64,000 nt of DNA, taken from assembly GCF_009914755.1 (NCBI RefSeq), contig NC_060929.1; one strand, given 5' to 3'. Source of the stretch: the human T2T-CHM13v2.0 reference genome, Homo sapiens. Shown here one piece after another: positions 12,796-25,750 of the stretch. The position numbers and the translations under genes are program-made. The notes beneath the pieces were generated by a model. That model ran no database searches. It was not told where the DNA came from and worked only from the letters and a program-made list of their open reading frames with translations. Every line of letters starts with the position of its first letter. Position 1 is the first letter of the stretch.

Positions 12796-14248
12796 ATGCT
12801 AGAAAATTCAAAACGCCCCTTGTAGAGAGCCTCCCCCTTGCATGAGCTCATGGAGATGATGGTTTATAATCCTGGTGACACCAAAGTGACCCTTTCAAAC
12901 TGGAGAAAATGCAAGCAGGGGTTTGAAAAGAACAAAAGAGAAGCAGTAAATTAGGGGTAAATAACCAACTCCGGGCACTTCTATTTTCAGCCCTGAGAGA
13001 GGAAGCGATAGCAGTAAGGAGGGCTGTGTTTCTCCATCCGACCCCAATGCTGGCTGGAACCCACTCCCCGATGACCACTGCCCCCGGCCGAGCCCCTACA
13101 GTCACCTGGGGACAAACCTACCCACCAAAGACCCAACACGTCCCTTCGTTCCCCTTGGGCCGAGTGCTTAGACTTCTTCCCCAGGCGGCAGGAGGAAGCG
13201 AACAAAGGTGGAAGGCTTGCCTGGCATTCCTCCTTGTCCTCAAGCATTGGATCATTCTCCTGCATCGTCTCCTCAAATCACCCGAAAAGGTAAGGACTGC
13301 CCTGTTCTATCCAGAAGGAGTCTTCGCCACAAGGGCCATCACTGCCCTACATGTTTGGACAGCACATTTTTCTGCCATCTTCACAACCATCTGCACGTTT
13401 GGGGTCCCAGCCAGATGCCCAGGTGAGTGTGGCCGAGCTGCCCGCACGTCCTCACTGTGGGGCTCCAGGGAGTCATAGGTTCCCGTGGGGGCTGTGCCCT
13501 GGGTGTAGGGACTGAGTGGGTTTGAGAGGCAGCTGGGACCTCTGCTGTTCTGCAGCACTGCCCCTGCCCTCGCACCTAGGGCTTCCACCCTTGACTGTGG
13601 AAAGCCTAGATGTCTCCAGAACTGTCCTCAGGCTGCCACTCCCAGGCAGCTCAAGGTGGCATCTGTTTCCTGTTCTCAGTGCCAGTCCAGCCCAGTGAGC
13701 ATGCACCACCTGCCCCAGGTTCAGGTTCACTGCAGAGTGCTCCTCTCCCATGGCCTCCCCATGCACCCTCACCCCTGACATCCAATGCCAGCCCGGGTCC
13801 CCAGGCCACTGGGGTTCTTCCCAGGACCTGGCCATGCACAACTCTGGACAGCAGCCAAGGCACAGAACCCGTGGCTCCCACGTGGCTCCTTCTACAGGAA
13901 CATCCAGCACCCATCGCCACTTGCTGAGGGCTCCCTGAAGGCCCACTCAGAGGCTCCCCCTCCAGCCCTGATCCCTGTCAGCCTAGTCCCTTAGGCCAGT
14001 ATAGCTCCTCCTGCAAGGAGACAATGCGCCACGCCTTGTTCAGTCCCTAGAGTCACTTTGCACATTGGCATTCAATGAAGATGTGGTTGTTTCTAATGCC
14101 TTCAATTAGGAGGCCAACCTTTTCCCAGTGTGGGCCAAGGCACACGGGCTTTGTGCTGCCCAGAGAATCGGGCCTTGCAAGGTGAATGCTGATTTCTGTG
14201 TGCTCCAAGTCCGGGAAGGGTTGCCATGAGAAAAATCGGACTGGCTTT

Positions 14249-14284
14249 TTAGCTGGTGGGCTTCTTAGCTGGTGGGCTTCTTAG
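14249..14284. repeat. Perfect 16-bp tandem duplication
   Basis: ttagctggtgggcttc x2 followed by ttag. Confidence 0.9.
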
Positions 14285-15944
14285 TGCTGCTCACGTTTGA
14301 CTATACTGAGAATCTCAGGTGACTGCAACCATAATGGACCATGAGCCCCTTTTCTGAGGAAAACCCAGTATGAGAAATCCCCTTGTGAAATTTACATTTC
14401 TAAAATACTTTCTCACATTATAGCTTCCTTAATTCACTTCACACTCCTGAATAGCCAAGGGTGACAGTGACCTGGATTACAGGCAAAGGCCCTCTGGTCC
14501 TGACTCATGGCAGGTGGCACCCCTCTGCCCCTTGAGCTGTCTTGGGTGGGTGACGGAATGGTGGCAGGAGCGTCCCACGGGTTGAAGTGGTGTTTGTGAT
14601 GCATGGCAACAATGCTTTGTGAAATGCTGTGTCCCCGATTAGACAGCAGCATCTGTTTGGGTGATGCTGGCCTGCTCCGGTTGGAAGCCAGGAGTGGGGT
14701 CTGGTCCCAGAAGCAATGGGGCCTGGTGGCCCAGCGCCCACCACCCCTACCCCCTGGACCACCCTCCTGGGCCAGCACCTGTTCCTCCCAGCAGACCACC
14801 TGGAGAGGTCACTTGCTATGAACAGAACTTGGCCCCCACCACCCCGTGCTTCCCCTTGATGGCTTCACCGTGGCGTCCATCGGACAGGCTCTGCTCAGTC
14901 ACCAGCTGAACTGGCTGTGATTCTCTCGGAGAGAGCGGCGTGGCCAAAGGTGCGATCTCAGGTCGGTGAGGTCAGTGTCTGAGCCTCTTCTTCACCCTAA
15001 AGCCTGGAGGGGCAAGGCGGGGGCAGGGAGCAGTTGTCTTGCAAGGTCTCTAGGGCTTCTCCAACCTGGAGTTCACCCATGTTCTGCTGATACCGGGAGA
15101 GCAGCCTACAGGGTCCACCGGGAGCAGTTCTGGAAGGTGGCCTGGGCCAGAGGAGGAAGGTTACATCAACAGTACACAGGAGCCTGGGCTCCTGACATCC
15201 TACGGAGAATGCAGAATCACGTGCTGGGCCTGCAGGATGGGTGGAGCTTCCTCAGGACCCCAGTCCCTGCCTGCCATAGAGGGGCCAGAGTGGAAAGGCG
15301 TCCCTTGAACGAGAGCCAACACTCATGTGACTTGGTGCTGCAGTGGCTTCCGAGCCATGCAACCTGCGTGGTAGTGTTTAGGTGCCCCGAGGGTGAACTC
15401 CTCAGGACAGAGGTGATTCACCCATCAGTGCGTTTCTTCACTGGTGTCCCTCAGGGATGTGAACATTTCGGTCTACCATTGACTACATAAACGGATTCCA
15501 TCTTGTAAATCTATTCTTTACAGTGATGTGAAAGTGTATATATAAACCAAGACCTCTCATTTGAAATATTACTTTCACTTCAGTAAAATTAGACTTCCCG
15601 AACTCTTAAAATCCAACAAATAGAATCACTTAGGCATTAAGTAGAGCTAAAATTAAGAAAGAAGAAAGAAGACCCCATTCCTCAAAGCCTTCCTTTCATT
15701 GAACTGCATGATTGCAATGTTTTCCGCAGCGTGTTTGATGTTGACCTCTGCCCAGAGTAGGGTGAGCCCGGCACCTCCCTTGTACTCAACTTGTGAAGCA
15801 AACACAGCCCTCGAGGGTGCTGGGTGCTGTCCTCCAGGACGAGGGGGAACGGGAGACTGCAGACTGCTCAGCTCTCCTGTGGAGGTAGAGAGCTAGGCCC
15901 TTGAGATGCGGCTCCAAGCACATCACCAGTAAAGAAATGGCCCT

Positions 15945-16185
15945 CACCACCGCCCTGGATGCCGGCGACGTTCCCAGGGCAAGTGTGTCTTGATTAATGA
16001 CCAGCTGGGAGTGTCTCTGTCGCTGCGCCCTGTGCCCGCTGCCTGGGGTCTCTGGAGACGCGGCTCCCGCCTCCGCCTCCTTCCCTGCCCAGGAGTCTCC
16101 GAGCTTAGGTCAAAGCAAAGGCAGCCGCGGCCACGCACCGCAGAGCGCGGGCTGACCGCTGGGAGAACCATAAACCTCGCAGTGT
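15945..16185. promoter_or_regulatory. Small CpG-rich patch (CpG-island-like)
   Basis: About 20 CpG dinucleotides counted in ~240 bp of GC-rich non-repeat sequence, against a CpG-depleted background. Confidence 0.55.
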
Positions 16186-18867
16186 GATGATCAGCTGAGC
16201 AGTAAATTAATTAATCATCATTTTATGCCTCATCAAGCACTTTGCTGAAGCTCTCAACAGGGGCCCTGGGCTGAGCCAATGGGAAGCAGACTGTTTTGTT
16301 TAGCTGGGTGAGCCTTCCATAAACAGGGGAGGCTTTGACAAGCTAATAAATATGTCATTCGTTCTCTGCCACTGGCAGCAGCCGGCCCCACCTGCAACGT
16401 GGTGGGATTCTGCCCGGCCTGGTGGGCAGTGAGTGATGGCAGAAACGGGCCCAGGGAGGTGGCAATCGGAGGTGCAGGGAGCAGCAGGAAGCTCTGAAAA
16501 CCTCCTTTCAGCTTTAGGGGAGAAATAGCACACTCTTCTCTCTCTGGCGCCTCACAGTTTACCCCCCAGAAGCGGAGTGATGTCCTGACAATTGTCCTTC
16601 AAGTTTGGCCTTTGTATTCATCACTCAGAGGTCTGCATGGGTCTCTTTTCTTCTCCTCGAGCTCCCTGCATTGAGAGTGGATTTATCATATTTTCAGGAT
16701 GTCCAAGCAAAGCATCAATCCAGGGGTAGATGTCCAATTTCAGGAGGTGCTATGCACAGGTGTCACCTCCTCAGCTACTTGGAAACACATCCTAGCAGCT
16801 TCTAAGGAAAAAAGTTTCAAGCGAACCTCAACTCATCTCTCTTGAACAAAAGACGGTGGTGTGGACATCACCATTTTTTAGGAAACTAGGCTTTGCAAAG
16901 CTAAATAAAACTGGATATTTGGGTCATAATGCCGATGACTTTTTCATAGGTTTTGCTTTATTTCTTTAAAGCCAAATGCAAAATTCAATACTGTCGAGGC
17001 AGGATCTAGCGGCACCAAGAAAATACGAATGGGAGTTCCTCCCAAAGCTCTGATTCGCCGATGAATCTTAACCAGTCTCTTAAGTGAGTTAAAAATGCCC
17101 TCAGATATAATTTTTGAACAACAGCCGTATCAGGCATAGATTCAGTTTCTCAACTGCAAATGACACATAAATGGCAGGTCCCATGAGAAGCTGCATCATT
17201 CCAGTGCCATTTCCTTCTCAGATAATAAAGGAGACCCTGGAAAACCACAAAACCCTAGTGAAAATGGTATCTTATGTCCAGCTCTTCATCCCTGCACAGT
17301 GCTTTCCTCCACGAGTCTACAGAGAACTTCACAAAGGCATCAAACCCTCATCTCCAGTTCTGACTCGCAGTTTACACCACTGAAGATTCAGAACGCTCAA
17401 GAACAAAGGGACCTGGCCCTGGTGCTCCTGTAAAAGGTCTTTGGGCTCTGGTCCACAGCCCCCTTCCAGGACAGCAGGCAGAGGCTGACACTGTCCCTAA
17501 TACAAGTCTGATAGAAACACCAGGACCTTCCCAGTTGCTCTCCTAACTTCCTGTGAGGGCTGTGCAGATGTTGACAGGCTCTGCTTACATGCCTCTGTGT
17601 CCAGAATCTCCTAGGCTTTTTGGGACTGACCACAGGAGCCAGATGAGGACCTGCAGTACACCTGACTTAACTTTGCTGTGCCCCTGGACACCGTCCATTC
17701 CAACTTCCTCGCAGCGCCTGGTGAAGGGCGGACACTGTGTTCACGGCGACATAAGGCAGGCCAGCATGAGCTCCACCCGCTCTCGTCCCAGCTCCAAATC
17801 ACCGTCGAGTTATGGAGAGATGGCACCATTTTCCTCTAAAAGAAACCAGGATAGCAGGTCTTGGAACGAGCTCTATGGTTTTCACAGAACAGCTTTCTAC
17901 TCCTCCACGTCGCATTTGGAACACATGCCCTTCTTTCCATTCTTTATGTGATTTTATTCTAAAGATGAAACCGTGAGACTGCTTTTAAGGGTAGGAATGA
18001 ACTTGCTCTGTTCTGCACACCAGGCGTGGCCCTCCTGTAGCACTGACACCATATGTGTCATTACATGTGGAAAGTCAAGTTCCAGGATGGATTGTAAGGG
18101 CAGGGAGTGCAGACCACGTCTTGTCTCTGCTACCTGTGACCCTGTCCTCCCGGGGGATCAAATGAGGGCCTGGCACATGGCGGGGATGCCACAGAACTGG
18201 GTTCCAACAGAGACCCCAGAGGAGCAGGACAACAAGAGTGGGTTGCCTTGGAGTTGATCGCTCTTCTTTAAATGTTTCCTTCCTTTTATATTTTCAATTT
18301 TCTTAGTTTTGAAACGTAGTTCATGAGAAAGAAGGAAAAAAGAGAAAGGGAAAAAGGGAGGGAAAAAGCTCAAGTTCAAAGTCAGAGACATTGTCTAATC
18401 CTATTTCTATTCTCGCTCTGTCTAGTTTAGTTGCTGGAAGCAATGAGGAAGTCCATGCATGGAGGCAGCATTTCTCACACAAGATTCTCTAGGCTCTTCC
18501 ATGGGGTGTTCCTAGAAGTCCCCAGCAACGGCCTCCATAGCGGGTTGAGTTTAGGACACTGCTTGCTGGTCTCCATGCTCGAGCCTCACAAGGGGCTGCA
18601 GCGCACTGAGCACTGGCATCCCCTTGGAGTGACCAGTGGCTTGGGTTGGACGTTGTTTCTCAAACCTGTTGTCCAGGGTGCCCTTATATTGAGGAACAGC
18701 TCAGGGACTGCGTCACCCATGGCACAAAACCTCCTCAGCCGAAGCCGGGGCTTCCGCATGTGCGGTTTCCTCCTCAGATGCGGGGGTCTTTGCATCTCAG
18801 GAACTCCCCTCCTCTGTGGCTTTGTCTGCTGCCCCTAGAGTTCTAGTCTCTATCGCTTCAGGGGCCC

Positions 18868-19913
<1,046 letters not shown>

Positions 19914-19989
19914 GACTTATGGGTTGTGTTATTCACACTTCCTATACATTTTTTTCTAATTAATTTATTTCATGCATTCGAGACAGGAG

Positions 19990-20191
19990 TAATAGTGACT
20001 TGAAGGGACAAAAATTGGTTTATGGGGGCAAAACCCTTACTTTCTCACATATGAAGCATGATACTCAGTGCACATAATACATCGATAGATATATTATATG
20101 TCTATAACATCTGTGTGGGCAGCAAGTGAGGGGAAAAGTTTACAAAAGCTCATCAGATAGCAGTGATGAAAAATAAGTTTGAGAAACACTG
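19990..20191. mobile_element. hAT-Charlie-type DNA transposon relic
   Basis: Ends in tttgagaaacactg, the reverse complement of the hAT-Charlie terminal motif CAGTGTTTCTC; the interior resembles Charlie-family MITEs. Confidence 0.5.
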
Positions 20192-20199
20192 ACTTATTT

Positions 20200-21250
20200 G
20201 TCAAATTATGAACAAAGCATATTTGAACCTACCACTGTAATTGCATCATCTTTGCTTTCTATGGATATAAACGCACATGTTGTGTTTATATTCAGCTGCT
20301 TTTTATTTTTAAAAAATGAGAATGCCACAGCTTTTTTGTAGATGGCACCTTTTATCATGATGGAATGTTGCTGTAAGTGCTGTCTGGTGTGCTGGGCCTT
20401 TGCGTCCACTGTATTCAGTGGTAACATTTCTACTTCTGGTTTCATTTTGTTTGATTTCAGTGGAATATATTGGCCCATCCCTTCAATCTTCTCTTCAGTG
20501 GGATACATTGACCCATGCCTTCAATGTTCTCTTGTTACTTGATCTTGAGGAGTTTCTTGCAAACAACAGAGCTGTATTTTCTTTTATAATCCAATCCACC
20601 CCTGAACACTTCAATGTGAGTGTTCAGCCCACTCACCTTCAGCTCCATAACTTGATAACTGATGGGCTGGGCTCTACCCCACCATATTTCATGTTTCCTG
20701 TCTGTTGCACCATGTTTTTGCTGCTTCTTCCTCTTCTTAATTTGTAATCTTAGTAAAGTTTCTGTTTATTCTGCTGCTCTGCTGTGACAACCTTAAGTTA
20801 TGGCCTAGTTAGGAGAGCTGTGCCCATTACCAGGTTAATCTGCCCACCCTGGCCCTTTACCACCTAAATTTATCATTTCTCCAAATTCCTGCATCTCCCA
20901 CATACCTGGGTTTTGCTAAAGCATTCTTTAATACTTAATTTGCTTGTAAGTTCGAGGAATAAAATACTGTAAGTTTGACGGCTTGAAATTCTATCCTGAC
21001 TTTTGTCTTTTCGTGTCTTGAGATTTCTGATTCCGTTGTCATTTGATAAGCTACTTCCTGATTATTTTCTTTACACAGAAAACAGGATGACATTCTCTCA
21101 AACTCCTCACATGTGCAGAATCATTTACATTTGTCCCGAAAGACGAACCACATCTTGGCTGGGGATGCAAAGTCTCATCTCACCATCGTCTTCTCTGATG
21201 CACTGCTACCTTCCAGTTTCTAGTTCTGCGAATGGGGAAACTATACTATA
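20200..21250 (-). mobile_element. Ancient L1M (L1MC/L1ME-type) fragment
   Basis: T-rich degenerate antisense L1 sequence, e.g. ttttataatccaatc...gagtgttcagcccactcacc. Confidence 0.5.
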
Positions 21251-21329
21251 GAGAGTGGTCTGTATCAAATAAATGACACAAGACACTCAGGGATGAATTA
21301 CCCAGTGAAGTGCCTGGGTAAAGAATTCT

Positions 21330-21650
21330 ACAAGTTTTCTGAGGAAGCAGAAATCAGGCTAGTATGTTAGAATAGGTTTAAGGAGAGGGTAAGATTTAAG
21401 CAATTTTTGAGAGAGGGGAGGTGGAGAATTATGCCAGTTAAGTGGGGTCATGTGAGCAAAAGCGGGGATTGTACCTGGCAGGAGGACCCTGTGATGAGCT
21501 GCAGGGTGGGATTGGGACCAGGCTGTAGAAGACGAGGCTGGAGAGGCAGTTAGGATCCAGATGCAAGTGGTGTTGCCTGACACGCTTCGAACTTTCCAGC
21601 TGAATGCTGTGGCTGAGAGTCACCGATGGCTTTCAGATGGTGAATCACTT
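21330..21650 (-). mobile_element. L2 LINE fragment
   Basis: Antisense L2-like purine-rich motifs, e.g. agacgaggctggagaggcagttaggatccagat. Confidence 0.5.
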
Positions 21651-22145
21651 GATTAAAGTAGATTTTATTTGCTTTTAGATTTATTTCACTTTATTTTTAA
21701 AATTTCACAACTAGATATGGTTATTGTAACAACTGAAACTACTCCATGGTATGTAAAGAAAACATCCACGGTCACCCTTGAGCCTCCCACTGCCCGGTCA
21801 GTAACCCCCGCCTGCACCCCTTCCTGCTCTGTCCACACCGCTCAGTGTGGGGCAGACACTCCTGGGAACTGTTTTACTTCAGTAACACGCAAATGTAAAT
21901 GGAGGATTCTGAAATTCCCCCTTTTCCATAGAAAACGTGTTATGGCCACCCTACATACCAATATGTAGAGATTTAAGATACTCTTTTTAATAAAGTCGCA
22001 TTATATCTTGTAGTATCTATATGCCATTATTATTCAACATCTGAATTAATTTTAAACAACAAACATGTTAATTTTAATAAATTAATATTAGACATGTTAA
22101 TTTTAAACAAGATGTGTATTATTGCAGACTAGTGATCTTATTTAT

Positions 22146-23233
22146 TTTATTTTATTTCATTTTATTTTATTTTATTTTTACTTTAAGTTCTGGGATACAT
22201 TTGCAGAATGTGCAGGTTTGTTACATAGGTACACATGTGCCATGGTGGTTTGCTGCACCTATCAATCCATCACCTAGGTTTTAAGCCCCGTATGCATTAG
22301 GTATTTGTCCTAATGCTCTCCCTCCGTGTGCCCCCAACCCCCTGACGGGCCCTGGTATGTGATGTTCTCCTCCCTGTGACCACGTATTCTCATGGTTCAA
22401 CTCCCACTTATGAGTGAGAACATACAGTGCTTGGTTTTCTGTTCCTGTGTTAATTTGCTGAGAATTATGGCTTCCAGCTTCATCCATGTCCCTGCAAAGG
22501 ACATGATCTCATTCTTTTTGATGGCTGCATAGTATTTCATGGTATGTATGTGCCACATTTTTTTACCCAGTCTATCACTGATGGGCATTTGGGTTGGTTC
22601 CATGACTTTGCTATTGTAAATAGTGCTGCAATAAACATACATGTGCATGTGTCTTTATAGTAGAATGATTTACACTTCTTTGGGTGTATACCCAGTAATG
22701 GGAATGCTGCGTCAAATGGTATTTCCAGTCCTAGATCCTTGAGGAATCTCCACACTGTCTTCCACAACGGTTAAACTAATTTACACTTCCACCAACAGTG
22801 TAAAAGCTTTTCTATTTCTCCACAGCCTCACCAGCATCTATTGTTTCTTGACTTTTTAATAATTGCCATTCTGACTGGTGTGAGATGGTATCTCATTGTG
22901 GTTTTGATTTGCATTTCTCTAATGATCAGTGATGTTGAGCGTTTTTTCATATGTTTTTTGGCCACATAAATGTCTTCTTTTGAGAAGTGTCTGTTCATAT
23001 CCTTCACCCACTTTTTGATGGGATTGTTTTTTTCTTGTATATTTGTTTAAGTTCCTTGTAGATTCTGGATATTAGACTTTTGTCAAATGGGTAGGTTGCA
23101 AAAATTTTCTCCCATTCTGTAGGTTGCCTGTTTGATGCTAGTTTGTCTTGCTGTGCAGAAGCTGTTTAGTTTGATTAGATCCCGTTTGTCAATTTTGGCT
23201 TTTGTTGCAATTGTTTTTGGTGTTTTAGTCATG
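22146..23233 (-). mobile_element. 5'-truncated L1PA (L1PA7/8-like) with TSD; encodes a disrupted ORF2p C-terminus
   Basis: Antisense L1 3'UTR with (TTTTA)n tail. ORF 22537-22767 (WKTVWRFLKDL..EIPFD..TCMFIAALFTIAKSWNQPKCPS) is L1 ORF2p. TSD agtgatcttatttat (22131-22145) / agtgatctcatttat (23234-23248). Confidence 0.96.
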
Positions 23234-23801
23234 AGTGATCTCATTTATATCAAGCAAACTTCTCCAACTGGGAATGCTAGATTATAGGGAGGATGAATTT
23301 TAAATTTTAATTACTATTGTTCAATTATATCCCTGAAAGATTGTAGCAATTTTGAGATAGAAACTGTAGGTCCCTGAAAGGGGAACATTGGAGGTGAATG
23401 ACAATTTGTCTCCTGTACATTTTCATCTCCTGAATGCTTGCTTCTCCAACTATGTTACAAGATCATGATAGCGGAAACTATTTTTAAAATATCATAGCCA
23501 TGATAATGTGCCACAGGTAATGGAGTCAAAAGATAGATTGAGTGATAGTTATTTGCAGATTTGCTGGAAAGCTAGACCAATCGGCAGGGTCTTAGAGTGC
23601 AAGGATTTTTGTCTGCAGGGCTTTCTTAGATCATTATAAATGTATTATTGCATGGATTCAAGAACAATATCGCCACCAATTACTCTTTCTCATATTTCCA
23701 CTAAAAAATCCACTTAACAGCATGTCCAATAAGCACGGTCATGAAAATGAACAATTATCAGCATATTAAAAACATAGAAGGATATAGGGATAGGCAGACA
23801 C

Positions 23802-23835
23802 ATAGATGATAGATGATGATAGATAGATGATAGAG

Positions 23836-23879
<44 letters not shown>

Positions 23880-23903
23880 GATAGATAGATGATAGAGATA
23901 GAT

Positions 23904-23964
<61 letters not shown>

Positions 23965-23968
23965 CAGA
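23802..23968. repeat. Compound (GATA)n tetranucleotide STR
   Basis: (GATA)10 at 23837-23876 and (GATA)13 at 23904-23955, with GAT/GA interruptions. Confidence 0.97.
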
Positions 23969-24646
23969 TTCAGCTTTTAAGGTAATTTTTTATTGCACAG
24001 AGAAATAAAACTGCCATTCGTGTCAGCTGTCCCCAAATAACAATAAATATTTGGTCCACATTTCTTAGCCTATAGCCCAGGCACGAAATTTTTAAATGTC
24101 CTTTCCTTATTTGTAACTTAGAAAAGTTATGTTAACTTCCTGAAGTTAAAATCAAGAAAAGAAAACAAATCAGCAATATTTAAACAAACTGGCAAGAAAC
24201 AAACCACAACGAACCAGAAGTGACCGCTGCTCTAGAATTCTTTGCAAGCTGCAATGGGAGCTGGTGTTTAGAGGCCAAGGAGCCACACCTCTCAGGGAGT
24301 CAGAGGACCTCCTGGCTCCAGGCCCACATGTGTGTCCTCAGTAGCGTGGGTGCCTCACACTGATTTTATGTAACTTCTGTCTCCAAAAGCTAGAGAGTGT
24401 ACTTTCTTTTCAGGAAACATACACAGGTGGTCTATTTTCCAGGCTTTTTCCTCAGAACATTTTCACACATGAAAGATGACGTCTAAAAGACTGAAATCTT
24501 GGTGTAAGTCACCTGGGTCTTCACGTGTCAAGTTATTTTTTGACCTCCCGTCAGCTGGAAGCACAGAACCGAAAGCTGAGCTAACTTAACTTCTTATTTT
24601 TATTCTTCTAAATGCTTGCAGGTATACATATACATATATATATATA

Positions 24647-25030
24647 TGGTATTTAGTTTTCTGTTTCTTCATTAATTTGCTTAGGATAATGGCCTCCAGC
24701 TCCATCCACTTTGCTGAAAAAGATATGATTTTATTCTTTTTTATGGCAGCATACTATTTCATAGTGTATATGTACCACATTTTTGAAAATTTAATTCACC
24801 GTTGATGAATACCTGGGTTGATTCCATGTCTTTGCTATTGTGAATAGTGCTGCCTGCAATAAACATATGAATGCAGTCGCCTTTTTGGTAGACAATCTAT
24901 TTTCCTTTGTGTTTATACCCAATACTGGGATTGCTGGGTTGAACGGTAGTTCTATTTTTAGTTCTTTGAGAAATCTCCAAACTGCCTTCCACAGGGGCTG
25001 AACTAAGGTGCATTCCCACCAACAGTGTAT
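24647..25030 (-). mobile_element. Older primate L1 3' fragment (L1PA15/L1PB-like)
   Basis: Antisense L1 ORF2 end and 3'UTR: ttgcttaggataatggcctccagctccatcca ... cattcccaccaacagtgtat; flanked by (TA)-rich runs. Confidence 0.9.
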
Positions 25031-25129
25031 ATGTGTATATATTGCTGTATATGTATATACACATATACAAATACATATTATATATATGCTTTAAAAAATT
25101 GCCAGAGTCCATGTAGGTGTGAGTGTGTC

Positions 25130-25750
25130 TAGATGGGGACTTCTTTAGTCATTTTGCCTAGAACACTGAAAGCCATTTTAATCCATATAATCTCTTACCA
25201 TCTGAAAAAGTTATTTTTTCCCCATTGTCTTTTCAGTTACTGCTGTTCTTCTACTTCTTGTAATTTCTTCCTTCGGAGAGCTATGGCTCTTAGGTTGAGC
25301 TTTCATTTCCTACTCTCCACATACATCATGCTCTCTTTTTAAATCAGTTTTTTCTCATCATCTATGTTCCCACTTTCTTAGAGACATGCTCCATCTGTAC
25401 TTTGAAATCTGATTTAACTTTTTAAGGTGTAAATTCTGCTTCTGGTTTCCTCAAGTGCAGGAGATATCTTTTCTCTCAAAATTGTACTTTTTACCATTTC
25501 TGACTCATCTGTGTCTTTTAATGCCAGCCTGAAGGACGTTTCATGCCCTCAGTGTCTTCCCATGTCTCAATCTCTGCACTATCTTTCAGAATGCTGCCTC
25601 TGCTTCCCAGGGACCGTGCATTCTTACATTTCTTTAAGAATATTAAAAGATATGGGAACATTTTCTTTTAATTCCTGTAGCAGCTCATCTTCTGCTCTTT
25701 TTCCCTTGCATTTATCAACCAGCCTTCACTCCATCCACCTGCCCCCTATG
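25130..25750 (-). mobile_element. Ancient L1M fragment
   Basis: Pyrimidine-rich degenerate antisense L1M-like sequence. Confidence 0.4.

Noticed and set aside
22281-22767. L1 ORF2-like peptides as an active retrotransposon
   Set aside because: Only ~1.1 kb of the 3' end is present, frameshifted, with no 5'UTR, ORF1, endonuclease or RT core.
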